DNA of 64,000 nucleotides from Vicugna vicugna (lineage: Eukaryota). This document shows positions 1-11,875 of the stretch, piece after piece (within the stretch, counting starts at the first letter, position 1; every line of letters begins with the position of its first letter). The translations under genes and the position numbers were made by a program. The notes under the pieces are model-generated. The model did not search any database and had not been told where the DNA came from. It was given only the letters and a program-made list of their open reading frames with translations. The stretch is from assembly GCA_013265495.1 (NCBI GenBank), contig MU058059.1, forward strand, positions 992,001-1,056,000. The letters run 5' to 3'.

Positions 1-144
1 AAACTGGATCCTGGAAAGTCTAAGAGAATAAGCCTAACGTAGCCACCATTCCCTCCGCTGTCTGTTCAGCGCGCATCCCTCTCCCGAAGGAGGAAACCGC
101 TGTCATGCCCTCAACGTGCAGGTCACAATTCCATCGCGGCTCAC

Positions 145-198
145 CTGCGTCTTAACTAACCTCGACACAAATGTTACAGCACACTGCTTTATGCCTTC
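145..198 (-). other. 54-nt internal exon, probably 5'UTR
   Basis: Minus strand reads ttgcactttctttttAG|GAAGGCATAAAGCAGTGTGCTGTAACATTTGTGTCGAGGTTAGTTAAGACGCAG|GTGAGC: polypyrimidine tract, AG acceptor and near-consensus donor; no ATG in the exon. Confidence 0.75.
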
Positions 199-1524
199 CT
201 AAAAAGAAAGTGCAATTTGTAAAACGCACAGGAGCTTCGTGAGTTGGACAGCTGAAGTAATTTCTCCTATACGTTTCGTGCTTTTGTTAATATTTTTTGG
301 TGAACAGGGTGCGGTGCTGGGAAGTACGGGAAGGTGTTCGCAGGGAACCCGAGATGCCTCATGCAGGCCCCTCCCGCTCTCTCAGACCAGCTGCCCCTGG
401 GCCCTGTGAAGTGGGTGTGACCCCCACGGGACAGGCGGGGACAGGCGGGTCAGACAGGTCAGTGGATAACTTGCCCAAAGTCATGTAACAAGCACAAGGC
501 CAGCAACGAAGTCGGAGTTTCTGCCTCTGACAACAGAGCTCTTCCTTTTGCACAATTTCTGCACTTCGGCACAGCAACGAAGCCTACTTGCTTAACCTCC
601 TATTCCTACTTCAGAACCAGACTGCATTTCAAACTTACTTCTTTATCCGATCATCTATAATTCCCTGATGCTAATATGCTACCTTACCCTTCTCAACGGC
701 AAGTCAAAGATGAGTCAGTTTGAACTTCTGTAACATTATACTTTGTTTCAAAGACTACTTCCCTACGGAGTACCCACCCTTCAGCACTCACCTCACTTAC
801 CCTCACCACTACTTTGTCTTTATCCATACACACAGACCAGCACGATGCTAGTTTCTAGTCTGGCGTGAGCCTGTAGGATGCTGTGCCAGGCTGTCAATTT
901 ACTTCTGGAAAACCAACCAACAAAATGATCACAGTGAATAGTATTGACTCTGCTGGTAGGTTCGCAGCCATTTACAACTTTCCACTGGTGGTGGCTTTAA
1001 GCCTCAAATGGAGCCTAAGTTGTAATCAGCACCAACTTTGGAAGTGTTGTGGGTGGAGGGGCACACACGGACAAGACACCAGCAACAGACATTCCCAGTT
1101 TTAACCGTCTGGTTCCACTGTTTGAACCTGTCAAGAATCCGATGGCTCAAATCAAGAGAGGAAAGAAAAGGTGGCGGGTTTCCTTGGCATTGCTGGCCAA
1201 TCCTCTCTCTGGGTAGAACTGATTAGCAAAAAGATATCTTCGGCAACTTCACGCAAGAACATATTTCTCTATTACCCAACATCTGACTCCGCATCTGTGA
1301 GAAATGAGGTGTGAACCACAGAGAGTGAATAAATTAAACCAGTCAGGCTCTGTGCAGTCAATGACCACCCCCCCCCCCTTGTGAGAGTGGTCCTGCTCCT
1401 CCTGAACCAGGTCTGTCTCCCACAGAACCTTGTCTCCGAAATAGGGCAAAAGCCATGGCTAAAACTTCTCCCTTTGTACCTAAGTGAGGGGAAACTTCCC
1501 CTCTGGTATCTGGGCTTCTCTCTC

Positions 1525-1773
1525 TTTTTAAAATTTTTTTATTGAAGTGTAATTGATTAACAATGGTAGTTTCAGGTGTACAGCAGAGTGATTCAGTCGT
1601 ACATATATATATATATCTTCTTTCAGATCCTTTTTCATTATATGTTATTACAAGAAGTTGAATACAGTTCCGTGTGCTCTACAGAGGGTCCTCGTTGTTT
1701 TATCTATTTTATACACAGTTTATCTATTTTGTATACAGTGTGTCTATTAATCCCCAGCCCCTAGTTATCCCTC
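1525..1773 (-). mobile_element. 5'-truncated L1 3' end (artiodactyl/camelid type)
   Basis: T-rich tail followed by tttcaggtgtacagcagagtgattcag, the reverse complement of the L1 3'UTR; a 20-bp internal tandem duplication at 1699-1738. Confidence 0.85.
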
Positions 1774-2422
1774 TTCATAGGCGTCAGCACCTTAAGGGTG
1801 AGGACAGCTAGGACAACAAGTCCCGTCTCAAATGACCCGAGCACAAAGCCGCACTCCGAGGCCCCGCTGTCGGGGAGAACGCTTACAGACGGTGAACGAA
1901 TGAATGAACAGTGTGTCTCTGAGCCTCACGAACATGTCAGTGTGGCTGGTCTCACCACCACCCAGGAGCCCCGTACATTCAGACGAGCAGCACTGCACAG
2001 ATCCAGACGATCCATTTCCTCTAACCACATGCCTGCCTCGCAGCTTTTATCTCTGTGGCTAGCTCCTAACAGCGCGCTTCGCGCAGGCGTCCAGGGCGAG
2101 GCCCCAGAGGATGTGCGGGGAGAATGAGAAGGAGCACGAAGGGCCAAGGCAACCTTGTCAGGGGCCCAGGAAGGAAAGCTGCATGTAAATATTTGTATCT
2201 TGCCTTTTACAGGAGCGTAGGCAGTTGGGATTCGAAGACTCACACAGCAGGAATAATGTTTGATCAAATCAATAAAGACATGGGGGAAAAAGGCATTTCT
2301 ACTGAGAAGAAAGGGAAATCAAATAGATGGGAAAATTCCAGGCATTCTTTTGTTGTTTCCATGTAGTGCTTACAAATATCACCCAAAGTCACCAGCACTG
2401 GCAGCCGAGTGGTCAGTAAACA

Positions 2423-2882
2423 CAGGCAGACCTCATTTTATTCTGCTTCACTCTGCTCAGCTTTGTAGAAACTGTGTTTTTTTGTTTTTTAAATAAATTG
2501 GAGGTTTGGGGCGACCCTGCACCCAGCACGTCTGTCGGCGCCATCTTTCCAACAGCATTCGCTCACTTCCTGTCTCTGCGTCACACTTAATTCTCGCAAT
2601 ATTTCTGACTTTTTCATCATTATTGTATTTGTTAGGGTGATTTGTAATGAGAGATTTTAAGAGTCACTAAAGGTCAATGGTGGTTAGCATTTTTACCCAT
2701 AAGGTATTTTTCATTCAGGTGTGTACATTGTTATTTTAGGACATAATGTTATTGCACACGTAACACACTACACTATGGGGTAAGCAAGACTTTTACATGC
2801 ACTGCGAAACCAAAAAGTTCAAGTGACTCGCTCTCTTGTGGTGGTCTGGAACCAAACCCGTGGAATCTGCGAGGAATGCCTG
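2423..2882 (+). mobile_element. Internally deleted Tigger1-derived DNA transposon (TcMar-Tigger)
   Basis: Terminal inverted repeats CAGGCAGACCTC...GAGGAATGCCTG; both recalled Tigger1 ends are present and the transposase is missing. Confidence 0.85.
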
Positions 2883-4449
2883 TGTGTAAATGAACGAATG
2901 GCTGAACATACCAGCCTCGTTTAACATAAACGTGCCCTGAGTCACATGTCTACAATTAACTTCTCGGGAAATCAGATCCAATTCAGTCCCACTCCTAAAC
3001 CCTTTTGGAAACGATTGCAAGTGACTAGCTTTCAACAATTCCCCGCGTAGAATGTGCTAAATTCCATCAGCTTCCCTGTTGAGTCCTGACATTTCATAGG
3101 ACTTCTATGTATTGCAAAGCCAAAGTGACAGAACTCATTTTCCCCGCAGTTCCGTCTTACGAGTTCTCTCAGCCACCCCACGATGAACTAACAAACTACA
3201 CGTTCCCAACTCTCACATGGAGAGGAAACCGGAGCGCCTCTGGCCTTCTGGATCCTTTTATGCTTTGGGGTTGTGGCAGGCTGTTGAGTTTTTTCATCCT
3301 TTAATACCCATGTGAGGCCAAGCATTTAATTATTCTGTTTTTACTGTACTGTGTCAGCTTTTCTCTCTCTTCTGGTAATGGATGGAGACTACAAAGAATG
3401 TTCTTCAAAGGTCTCCCTGGCACACAGATGAGCTGCTTGAGAACAGTGCCTCGTCCAGTTCTCTGAAGGTGCAGGTAAGAGCATTGTTTACTCCAGGGCT
3501 GTTCCCTGGGTGCCACAGCACCGTGAAAGGGTTCCCCATTTGTGCCTCAAATCCTCTGTAATTAACACTTTAGGAGACAGCTCAGCCCCTGCCTTCCCTC
3601 CTGCCCCTGGGGTGGCTCAGGAGATAAAAACACAGCTGCTGGAGGTGCCTTGGACATTCCGATTACAGGGGCAGAATTTCCCACACGACGTACTAAAAAT
3701 GACTGAATGGCTACCGGTGTGATGTTTCATGTCTATTCTTCTTCTCTAACAGGGAACTAAGCCAATAAACAGCTCTTACAATGTTTCAAGCCATGTATTT
3801 CCAGTTCAATGGGGATTAACTTAAAACCCTACAGACAAAAATAAATTTGAAGAAGGAAGCTTGAAATGCAGCTCATCTTTTAAAATTTTCAGAGGTTCTT
3901 TATGGTTTAGGTTTTTAGAAAAGGTTTAATTGCAGCAAACCTGCCTCACTTCATACATTGATAATTTTTTTTAATTACTGCACTTTTCACAATGAGATTC
4001 ATTTTAAATCCTTTAACGTGTCTGTTTAAAAGAAAAGCAAAATAAATCTGTCTAGCTGGAAGCGTTATATGTAGTTAAAGAAGCCACGCTAAACCTTGAC
4101 TTTAAAACTCTCCTGTTCAGAAGAATCCTCAAATGGGCAGAAAAAAGGTGTTTTCTCCCCCAAAGTAGACGCTGCCAGAGTCAGGCTGTGAAGAGGAGAA
4201 AAGTCGCCAAGCAAAGGGACGGAAGCAAAATGGACCAAGAAGAAGAGAGGGTGATGCTGGTTCTATCACATTTACCAGGAAACCCTATCTGGACTGGAAA
4301 GAGTCACATGGGTTCAGGATGGAATGAGAGCTTTCTATGAGAGGACAAGAAAGGAAGAAAACCCTGTTAATTATAATTTGGAGGTCACCTTCAGTTTTCG
4401 CCTTAGTGACCGACGACAACTCTGGACCCCTACCAGCCCTTAGCCGGCG

Positions 4450-4550
4450 TTTTTGTTTTTCTTTTTTTCTTTTTTAATGGAGGGACTGGGGATTGAACCC
4501 AGGACCTGGTGCACACTAAGCACACACGTTACCACTGATTCCTACCCTCC
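4450..4550 (-). mobile_element. Camelid tRNA-derived SINE (Vic-1-like)
   Basis: Poly-T followed by ggggattgaacccaggacc (B-box reverse complement) and taccactga...taccctcc. Confidence 0.8.
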
Positions 4551-5509
4551 GTCCCCCACCCCGCCCCCTGCTTTCAATTCAACTCCACCAAAATCACTGA
4601 GCACTCAGCCCTGAGTCGGGGGCTCGGTCACCTCACAGAAGAGTTAACAGATCAAAATCTTATTTTTTTTTAAAAAGCCCTCATGACCAAAAACCTCTTA
4701 TTTATCCCATCCTGAGTGTCAGGAAAACCTGTCAAATCCTCTTCAAGTAACGCCTTTACCTGTTCTTTCTTTTCACCCTGCTGCCCTGGTGAGCTCCCGG
4801 CTGGGCGCAGGGCGCAGGCGGGGAGCGGAGCCAGCCAGGGTCCGAGCGGATTTCATGCGCCTTTCACTCAATTCAGTCCACGACCGACAACCTCACAGCT
4901 AAGCATCAGGAACACGGCATCTTTATCGTTTAAGAAACACTGGTTATGAAAAGAGTCCCAAAAAGCAACAGAGGAAGGGCGCAGACCATGACCTGCTCGC
5001 TCCCGTTTTCTCCCGTATTTGTCTGCAGCTGGATTCTTGGCAAGTTTGGAACTGAGAGGCTGTTTCTTTCTAAGGAGTGAAATATTTTCAAACAGTTCCT
5101 CACCCCGTCCTTTGCCCCAGGACGACACTCAGGGCAGCCACATCCTCCGCTCCGGACCCTCAAGCCTCATTTTCATCCTCACAACACAAGCTTCAGAAAA
5201 CCCGAACTGCTGGCGTGGCGTTAGCTTTCCAAGAGCTGCGCGAGTTTCTGAGTCTTCTCTGCCTTCCAAGGTGCTGCTCCTGGGTCCAGACGCCTCCAAC
5301 CCGCCCACTTTCCCCAAGAACTTGTAAACCGTATGCTACAAATGCAGCCTGGACCTGAGCTCCACTCCAGCCCTCCCCAGAAACAGTCTCCACGGGCAAA
5401 CACCGCGCACCACGCGGATCTCGGTGTATTTGCAGTAACACTTGCGTCTGCGAGTCTCCTGCAAGCAGACGTGAGATTCTTACGAGCAAGCCCAGGGTTT
5501 TCCTCTCAC

Positions 5510-6410
5510 TCCCACTAGAAGTCTGTCTCAAACCCAAAGGCTCCAAAAGTGAATCCCTGAACTTTTCCCCCAAACCAGTCTTCCCCAATGTCTTCCTCCA
5601 ATGGCCAGTCCATCTTTCCAGCGTCTTAGGCCACAGAAAGTACAAAGACAAACTGACAAAAATTTGCACACACACATTAAGTCCCTTCAGTAAATCCTGT
5701 GGTTCCACCTTCAAAATCCCCCCAGAGCAGGACCTCGACCCCTCCGCTGCCGCCAGCCCGTCCAGCCCATTACCCTCGTGTTCCCAGTTACCCCAGTGTC
5801 GTCTCCCCACCTCTGCCCTCTCACTCTCCATAGTGTTGTCCAGACAACAGCCAGCTTGATCCTTCTGGAAGATAAATCAAATTGTGTCCCTTCTCTGCTC
5901 AAAATCCTCTGATGATTTCCCCGTTCCATGAAGAGGAAATCCCCCAGTCCGTATACTCTGCCTAGAAGAATATGCCACAAAGGTGCCCTCATCTCCTCAC
6001 CCCCACTCCCCACTCTGGCCAGCCTCCCCGGCCTGCCCCCCACCCCGACTCCTCTAAAACAGGAGGACACTGGCCCCAGGGCCTCTGCACCTGCTAGTCT
6101 TGCCTTAACATTCCCCTACCCGTTCACATATTTGCTCAGATTCACTCACCTCAGTGAGGTCCTCCGTCCCTGCCAACACCTCTGTGCCCGACCCCCTTTC
6201 TCCTGCTCTGCTTTTCTCTGTAACACTTGTCATGAAGCCAACGGAGGAAAGATTCCACTCAGCTACTTAGCTTTATGTCTGCCTCCTCCCATGGGAGGCC
6301 AGAGCCCCCAGAGAGCAGGGACTTCCTGTTTCATTCTCTGTTGCAACCCCATCATCCAGAAGAGTCTGGTGCAGAGCAGGTGCTCAACAAGCAGCACTGG
6401 ATGCATGGAC
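5510..6410 (+). mobile_element. L2 LINE remnant (3' portion)
   Basis: L2-like tracts such as cttctctgctcaaaatcctctgatgatttccc, ending in gcaggtgctcaacaagc...tggatgcatg. Confidence 0.7.
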
Positions 6411-6479
6411 TCAGCCTGGGTCTCCAGGCCCTTGAACAGTGAGTGTCAGGCACTTCACATGCCCTCACTGGGTGGTGTC

Positions 6480-6492
6480 TGCTGAGTCAGCA
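6480..6492. promoter_or_regulatory. Perfect palindromic T-MARE (Maf recognition element, AP-1 core)
   Basis: TGCTGAGTCAGCA matches TGCTGA(C/G)TCAGCA exactly; function untested. Confidence 0.5.
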
Positions 6493-7133
6493 CACCCAGC
6501 TGCTAGATTCCTGCAGAGCTATTTAAGTGGTGCCGTCCCTTAGAGGTGCTGTAACGGCAGCAGGGCACTATGACTGAGATGCTCACTGAAGTTCTTAGAG
6601 CCCCTTTCCCTGGGAGACGACCCGCCCAGTGAAAGGGCCTTGGGCCCCGATGCCAGGCCGATGTGGGCTGGAATCCCACTTCAGCACCTGTGAACTGTGT
6701 GGGGCCCGCTCACTTCCCACCCACGATGTCAGGGGTGAAGTGCACCTGTGCACGGATCACGAGCCCCAGCTCACAGAGCACACGTCTGACCCACCGTGTC
6801 CAAAGGGGAGCACTCCACTCTGTAAAACCAAACAGGCCAAAGTATCTGTGGTAGCCAGAAAGTGCCCTAAAGGATGACCCGTCCACCCCACACCCTGATC
6901 CTGCCTTCCCAGGAGGAAGCAGCCACAGACAGCCCAGTCCTCGTCCAGACCCGTAAAGAACCACAAGACAACCCACTCAGCGTCTGCGCAGCTCTGACGA
7001 CCTGCTATGAGCCTCGCCTCTTTCAAAGGGGATTAACGAGAAAAGGCAAGGACATTACTATCGAAGATACCTGGAGAGACATTAATGAGCACAGTTAATC
7101 CTTTTGGCGAGTGGGATCAGCCACTGAGCTCCG

Positions 7134-7360
7134 GCACAGTGTTAAAATCTAACAGATCATGTCAGATTCCAGTGCTGCCACTTCCCAGCTCCGTGAACTG
7201 GAGTAAGTTACTCAAACTCTTTACAAATCCACTTTTATCCACTATAAAATGTAGATAAAACGTCTCTTATGACGGCTGGGAATTAAGTAAATAACGCATA
7301 CAGGGTAGCGCTGAATGCCGGACCACACACATAGGAAGCATTTAGTAAACGGACCATCAT
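7134..7360 (+). mobile_element. MIR SINE
   Basis: gctgccacttcccagctccgtgaactggagtaagttactcaaactct...tataaaatg matches the MIR core. Confidence 0.75.
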
Positions 7361-8957
7361 TTTTAAAACAGAGGAGCAATTCCTTTTGTTACCATCTCCT
7401 GGCTAGAATTTATTTCATATGAGTGAGGGGGGAAAAATGAACACTTCCCTAAAATCCAAAGATGATTTGGGCAAAGTTTCTTAAAACTTATGAAACAGAA
7501 TCTCCTCCTTTAGAGCCTTGTGGGCCTTAAGGATTGCAGGTGCTAATATAGTCACAATTAATAACCAAATTTAGGGACAGGCTCAGCTCTCTCCCCGCTA
7601 CTCTGTCAAAAACATCGCAGCGCCATCTCTCACTTGTGTGCACCTGTCACTTCCAGGAACATGCTTCCATGAGCTCCGCTGAACGTCGAGGCTCAGGAGA
7701 TCATTACCCACCCAGGACTCTCTCGGGAGGGAGACAAGGAAAGAGTTCAGACAAAGGTTACATGGGACAGCAATGCCCTTGCTTAGTCAGGAAGACGATG
7801 AAAATCACTGTTCTGGGTATCAGGGAACCACAGCTATAAAATAATTACTAGAACCTAATCCTCATCTGCTTCTAAAAATATTTTGTCTTCTTCATTTAGC
7901 TTTCAAAACGCATGATAAAACAAAAAAATATTTACTCAACTTTCCAAGCAATGTTCTCCCCCTGTTGACGGGGAAAGGGAAACATTAGCCACCGTAGAAT
8001 TTTTTTCTTAACATTGTCCACAGCAGAAGATGCACCTCCTACTAAAATAGCTTCGGTTTCCTCTAAAATTTCTGCCAAGTGTTCTCATCTTTGTGTTTTC
8101 TCCACATAGTCCCTCATTCCTTCAACAGCATCAAATACGAATCACACTACAGATCTGTCTGTTTCCTAAGTCTGATAGCAACGCCCAGACGTTAAGGAAA
8201 GCTCCCATGTAAACACGAAACAGCACACCGTGCTCAACTGTGGCAACGAGTATTCTAATCAGCTTTGGCATGCTAAGCAGATGCCCGTGTAAGGGTCTCA
8301 AAGGCAGAGCCAGAAGAGGCCAGATTTCAGAGTCCAGCCAGGCAAACACTCTTGAAGGTAATAAAAGCGACAGTTCTCATAATCAGAGACCAGCAAGGTT
8401 GAGAAATGCTTCACCAACATTCGAACCGGTTTTGCACCTGCCTGAAAGGAAGGATGCTTTAACTCTGAGAAGAGCAAATAAACCAGAGGACACTTAAGAA
8501 GGCCGTTCCCCTGGCAGAGGAGGGCTCAGGTAGGACCCAAACCGACCCAAACAACTCCCTCCCTCAGAAGGACCACAGCGAGGTGTCCACTCCTGGTGAC
8601 ACTTGGTCACGGTGTCCTTCAGAGTCACGGCAGCTGCCCAGGACAGGATTGCCCCTCCCGGATGTGCTGAAACCAGAGGCTCCGGCTCACACGGAGACGC
8701 CGTGGAATCCACTTCAAACTGCTCTGTTCGCCTTCTTCCCCAAAGCACTTGGGGCAATTTTCTACTAATAGGATTTTTGTTGTTTTGTTATTATTCTGCT
8801 TTGTGTCAGCTCATCAGATAATTATTCTCATCATTTTCTTTCTAATCACCCTTTGTTCATCACCATTCCCTCATTTGATCAATCCGTCATTCAGTCACAC
8901 TTACACGCCACATGCTGGGTCCTGAATATACGAGACTCTGACATCACCCTTTTGATT

Positions 8958-8968
8958 TGACCTACTTT
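8958..8968 (-). promoter_or_regulatory. ROR/REV-ERB response element (RORE) motif
   Basis: TGACCTACTTT reads AAAGTAGGTCA on the minus strand, fitting WAWNTRGGTCA; about one degenerate match is expected by chance in 64 kb. Confidence 0.3.
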
Positions 8969-10939
8969 GACGATGACCACCTCACAGCATGTTACACGCA
9001 CACTGCCATCATTAAAACAGCTAAATACAATCAAACGAGTCGCAGCTCACTGTCACCCTCGACCCAGGCCAGGAGGCAGCCGTACCACAACACATACGTG
9101 TACCCCACAATACGGGTGTAGTATCTCAGTGTGGAAATCAGGGGAAGCTGGTACTGCAATACTAGTTTAAAAATAGTATTTGAGGGCTTGTACTTCTGAA
9201 GCAGAACTCTTCTCCACATCAGGAAAGCCCTGAATGTGATCTGACTACACGTGCACTATATGAGCTTGTTATAAAACCAGTATTGAGGACACAGGGGACA
9301 CCTGCACCTGCAGGATGTCTGGTCTACCAACCGGCCCCACGTCATGTGGTCCGAGAAGGGCTACGACTGGACCCACTATGCTTAGGGTTGGTGATGAGAG
9401 GGCCCAGAGGTCCCAACTTTCTTCCTTAAGGACCCAAGGGAAGCATCACCCCTTACACAAAACCAAGCCCAGTTCCCCGGCAGCCGGGCAGCCCCTCACC
9501 TGTGCTCAGGAGCCGAGCCCGTGTTCCTACAACAACGGCTCTGCCGTCACCTGGTGCCCAGCCTGACCACAAGCTCTTCTTCAGCAGGGAGCAAGCAGTT
9601 TTTAGCTTTTTATTCCAGTGCTTAGAACACAGATCACGTGCATGTGTGGTTAAGGTACAATGAACATTAATCTAGTGCTTTTGTCTTCAAGTGCACTTCA
9701 TCACTCTCAAATTTTATCTGATAAAGTGTATTAAATTTATATCAATATTTTTTACTTAAATGCTAGCTCCATTCACCTGTTCACTTAGGAGAGGAATGAA
9801 AAATTCACTGCAGGCATCAATCTCCTAAAAAAAGGAGAGTGGTTGAAATAACAATAGCTGGGTGCTGTCCCTTTATTCAAGCGGGCAATGATTTGGGTCC
9901 ACAAGCAGTCAGCGTTCCAGAAGTTCTGAGATACCCATTACACAAAGTACAAAGAGCTAAGAAATCTATCTTGACCAGAGACCTTCATATGAACCCAGAG
10001 GCAGACAGAGGAGGGTCACCAAGGTGTCCCCAGCTCTTGGCTGCCACTGACTTTGAGTTTGTTGTGCATCAGGAATTCCATTACAAGGGAAGGAGGAAAA
10101 ATCAGAAAGCATGTTTGCTTGTCTGTATTCCAGACGCCTCCTTATTCCCAAAGGTAATCAGAGGCTACAATTTTGGCTTCTCCCATCTATGAAGATAGGA
10201 GACTTGGCTTTTGGCCCAGATTTATTGGGTTTTTTTCTCCGACAATGATGCTAACAAAATCAAGGTAACTTTTTTAGTCTGTATTTCACAGCACTAAACT
10301 GAAGCTTGCCCTGGGTTTCTTTTCTTTCCTACTTTTACCATGTAAAACACTGACTAATTTTCAAAGCGGCGACTCCCTGTGCTTACTTTTTAAGGGCCCT
10401 CAACATCCCAACCTCCCAGACACACACAGAACCCCTCCTGGGTAGAAAGGTGTGCCGGGAACAGCGCTGAAAAATCAGACAGGGCCACCTGGCTGGTGAT
10501 GAAGAATGTATGGAAATTAATCTGTACCCACACCACTTCAAAGGATTTCCTGAATAAATTAATACTTGAGAATAGCTTTCAAAGAGACAAGGCGATCCGG
10601 TGGCGTTAGAACCTTTGGTCAAATTTTGTAATACAAGGAAAGAGAACAGCTTTGGAAGAATTTGAGGGCTAGTGGGCTGGATTCTCTTGTCTGGTCGGTG
10701 CTCCTTCAACTAACTCAGCACAATGTGTTAATGTCGGGGACAAAACGAGAAACGTTAATGGCATGGATATAAATTCCCGTGCTCAAAGATCTCAGGAGTC
10801 CAGAGAGAACACAGGAAAGCACATAAGATCTGAACCAGAGCTGAGAAATTCCACACGGTGGGGACGTCCCAGATGCTACGAGGTATGGGGAAGGGACACT
10901 CCACCTCGACCAAGGAGACCAGGAATTCCTCTGCAAAGA

Positions 10940-11300
10940 AAGTGTCATCGGACACCCAAGGAAGATGGCAGGGCCAGGAGAGAGTGTGGGGGTCTGGGTG
11001 GGGGGGCTGAGGCCGACAGGACAGGGAGGCTAAAGAGGCTTTCGGGATCAGATCACAGAGGGAACTAACTCACCAACATGTACCAGGAGCAAAGGAGGAC
11101 AATTTAAAGGTTTTAAGATTTGGAGTAGTAGCAGTAAGGTTAGATCAGTGTGTTAGATGCATCACGCTGGCTAGGAGGTGGAGGATGGATTAGGGCGGAG
11201 ACCTGGGGTTGAAGACCAGTGAGGAACGGGTTGTGGTGATGCAGGCAAAGATGAGGGTCCTAGTACCTCGAGTGTGGTGGAAATGGAGAGGAGTCTGGGG
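10940..11300 (-). mobile_element. L2 remnant
   Basis: Purine-rich tract typical of reverse L2 (agaccagtgaggaacgggttgtggtgatgcaggcaaagatgagggt...ggaaatggagagg). Confidence 0.6.
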
Positions 11301-11659
11301 AGCTGGAGCTCCTCTCATGATCTCCATCACTGACAACTCCCACCATAAGCCACCTCCCCCCATGTCTCCCCTACCTCCCTACAAATAATGCACGTTAAAA
11401 AGGGCTGGCGATGCAAACGCGAGTACAAGGGAAATCTAGCTCCCACCTCCTGGTTGTGCCTCACCCGCATAAAAATGCTGGAGCTGCCGGCGAGGGGACA
11501 AGAGTGTACTCTAAGGAGGGAGAGGCGCCGGCATCAGTGGATGGTGTGTGTGGTGCTCTCGCTTGGAAACTCAGCTGCATGGTTAACAGAGCTCCCTCCC
11601 CAGTATCTCCGGTTCTCCTCTTTCTAGGCACATAGTAGGACCACACGTCCTTGTCCCTG

Positions 11660-11875
11660 TCTGGGTCCCTCGGCTACTACCCTGAGTAAAGACCTCTTGT
11701 CAAACCACAATGCCCATGTAGCTCCAGCAAGAGGCGCATCTCTGTTCCTGTAAAGACCTCTTGTCAAACCACAATGCCCATGTAGCTCCAGCAAGAGGCG
11801 CATCTCTGCTCCTGTAAGCCACAGAGATGTGAGGTTGTTACAGCAGCAGAACCTCATTTCCCCTAGCTGTCTGAG
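11660..11875 (+). mobile_element. MLT1-type (ERVL-MaLR) LTR 3' remnant
   Basis: taagccacagagatgtgaggttgttacagcagcagaacct resembles the MLT1 3' end. Confidence 0.55.
11686..11813. repeat. Tandem duplication, 2 x 64 bp
   Basis: 11686-11749 and 11750-11813 differ at one base; GTAA recurs at 11814. Confidence 0.95.

Noticed and set aside
5193..6485. 212-aa and 185-aa ORFs
   Set aside because: They overlap a degraded L2 and resemble no protein I recognise.
11686..11813. Direct repeat considered as CRISPR-like
   Set aside because: Two abutting copies, no spacers, no cas genes, mammalian context.
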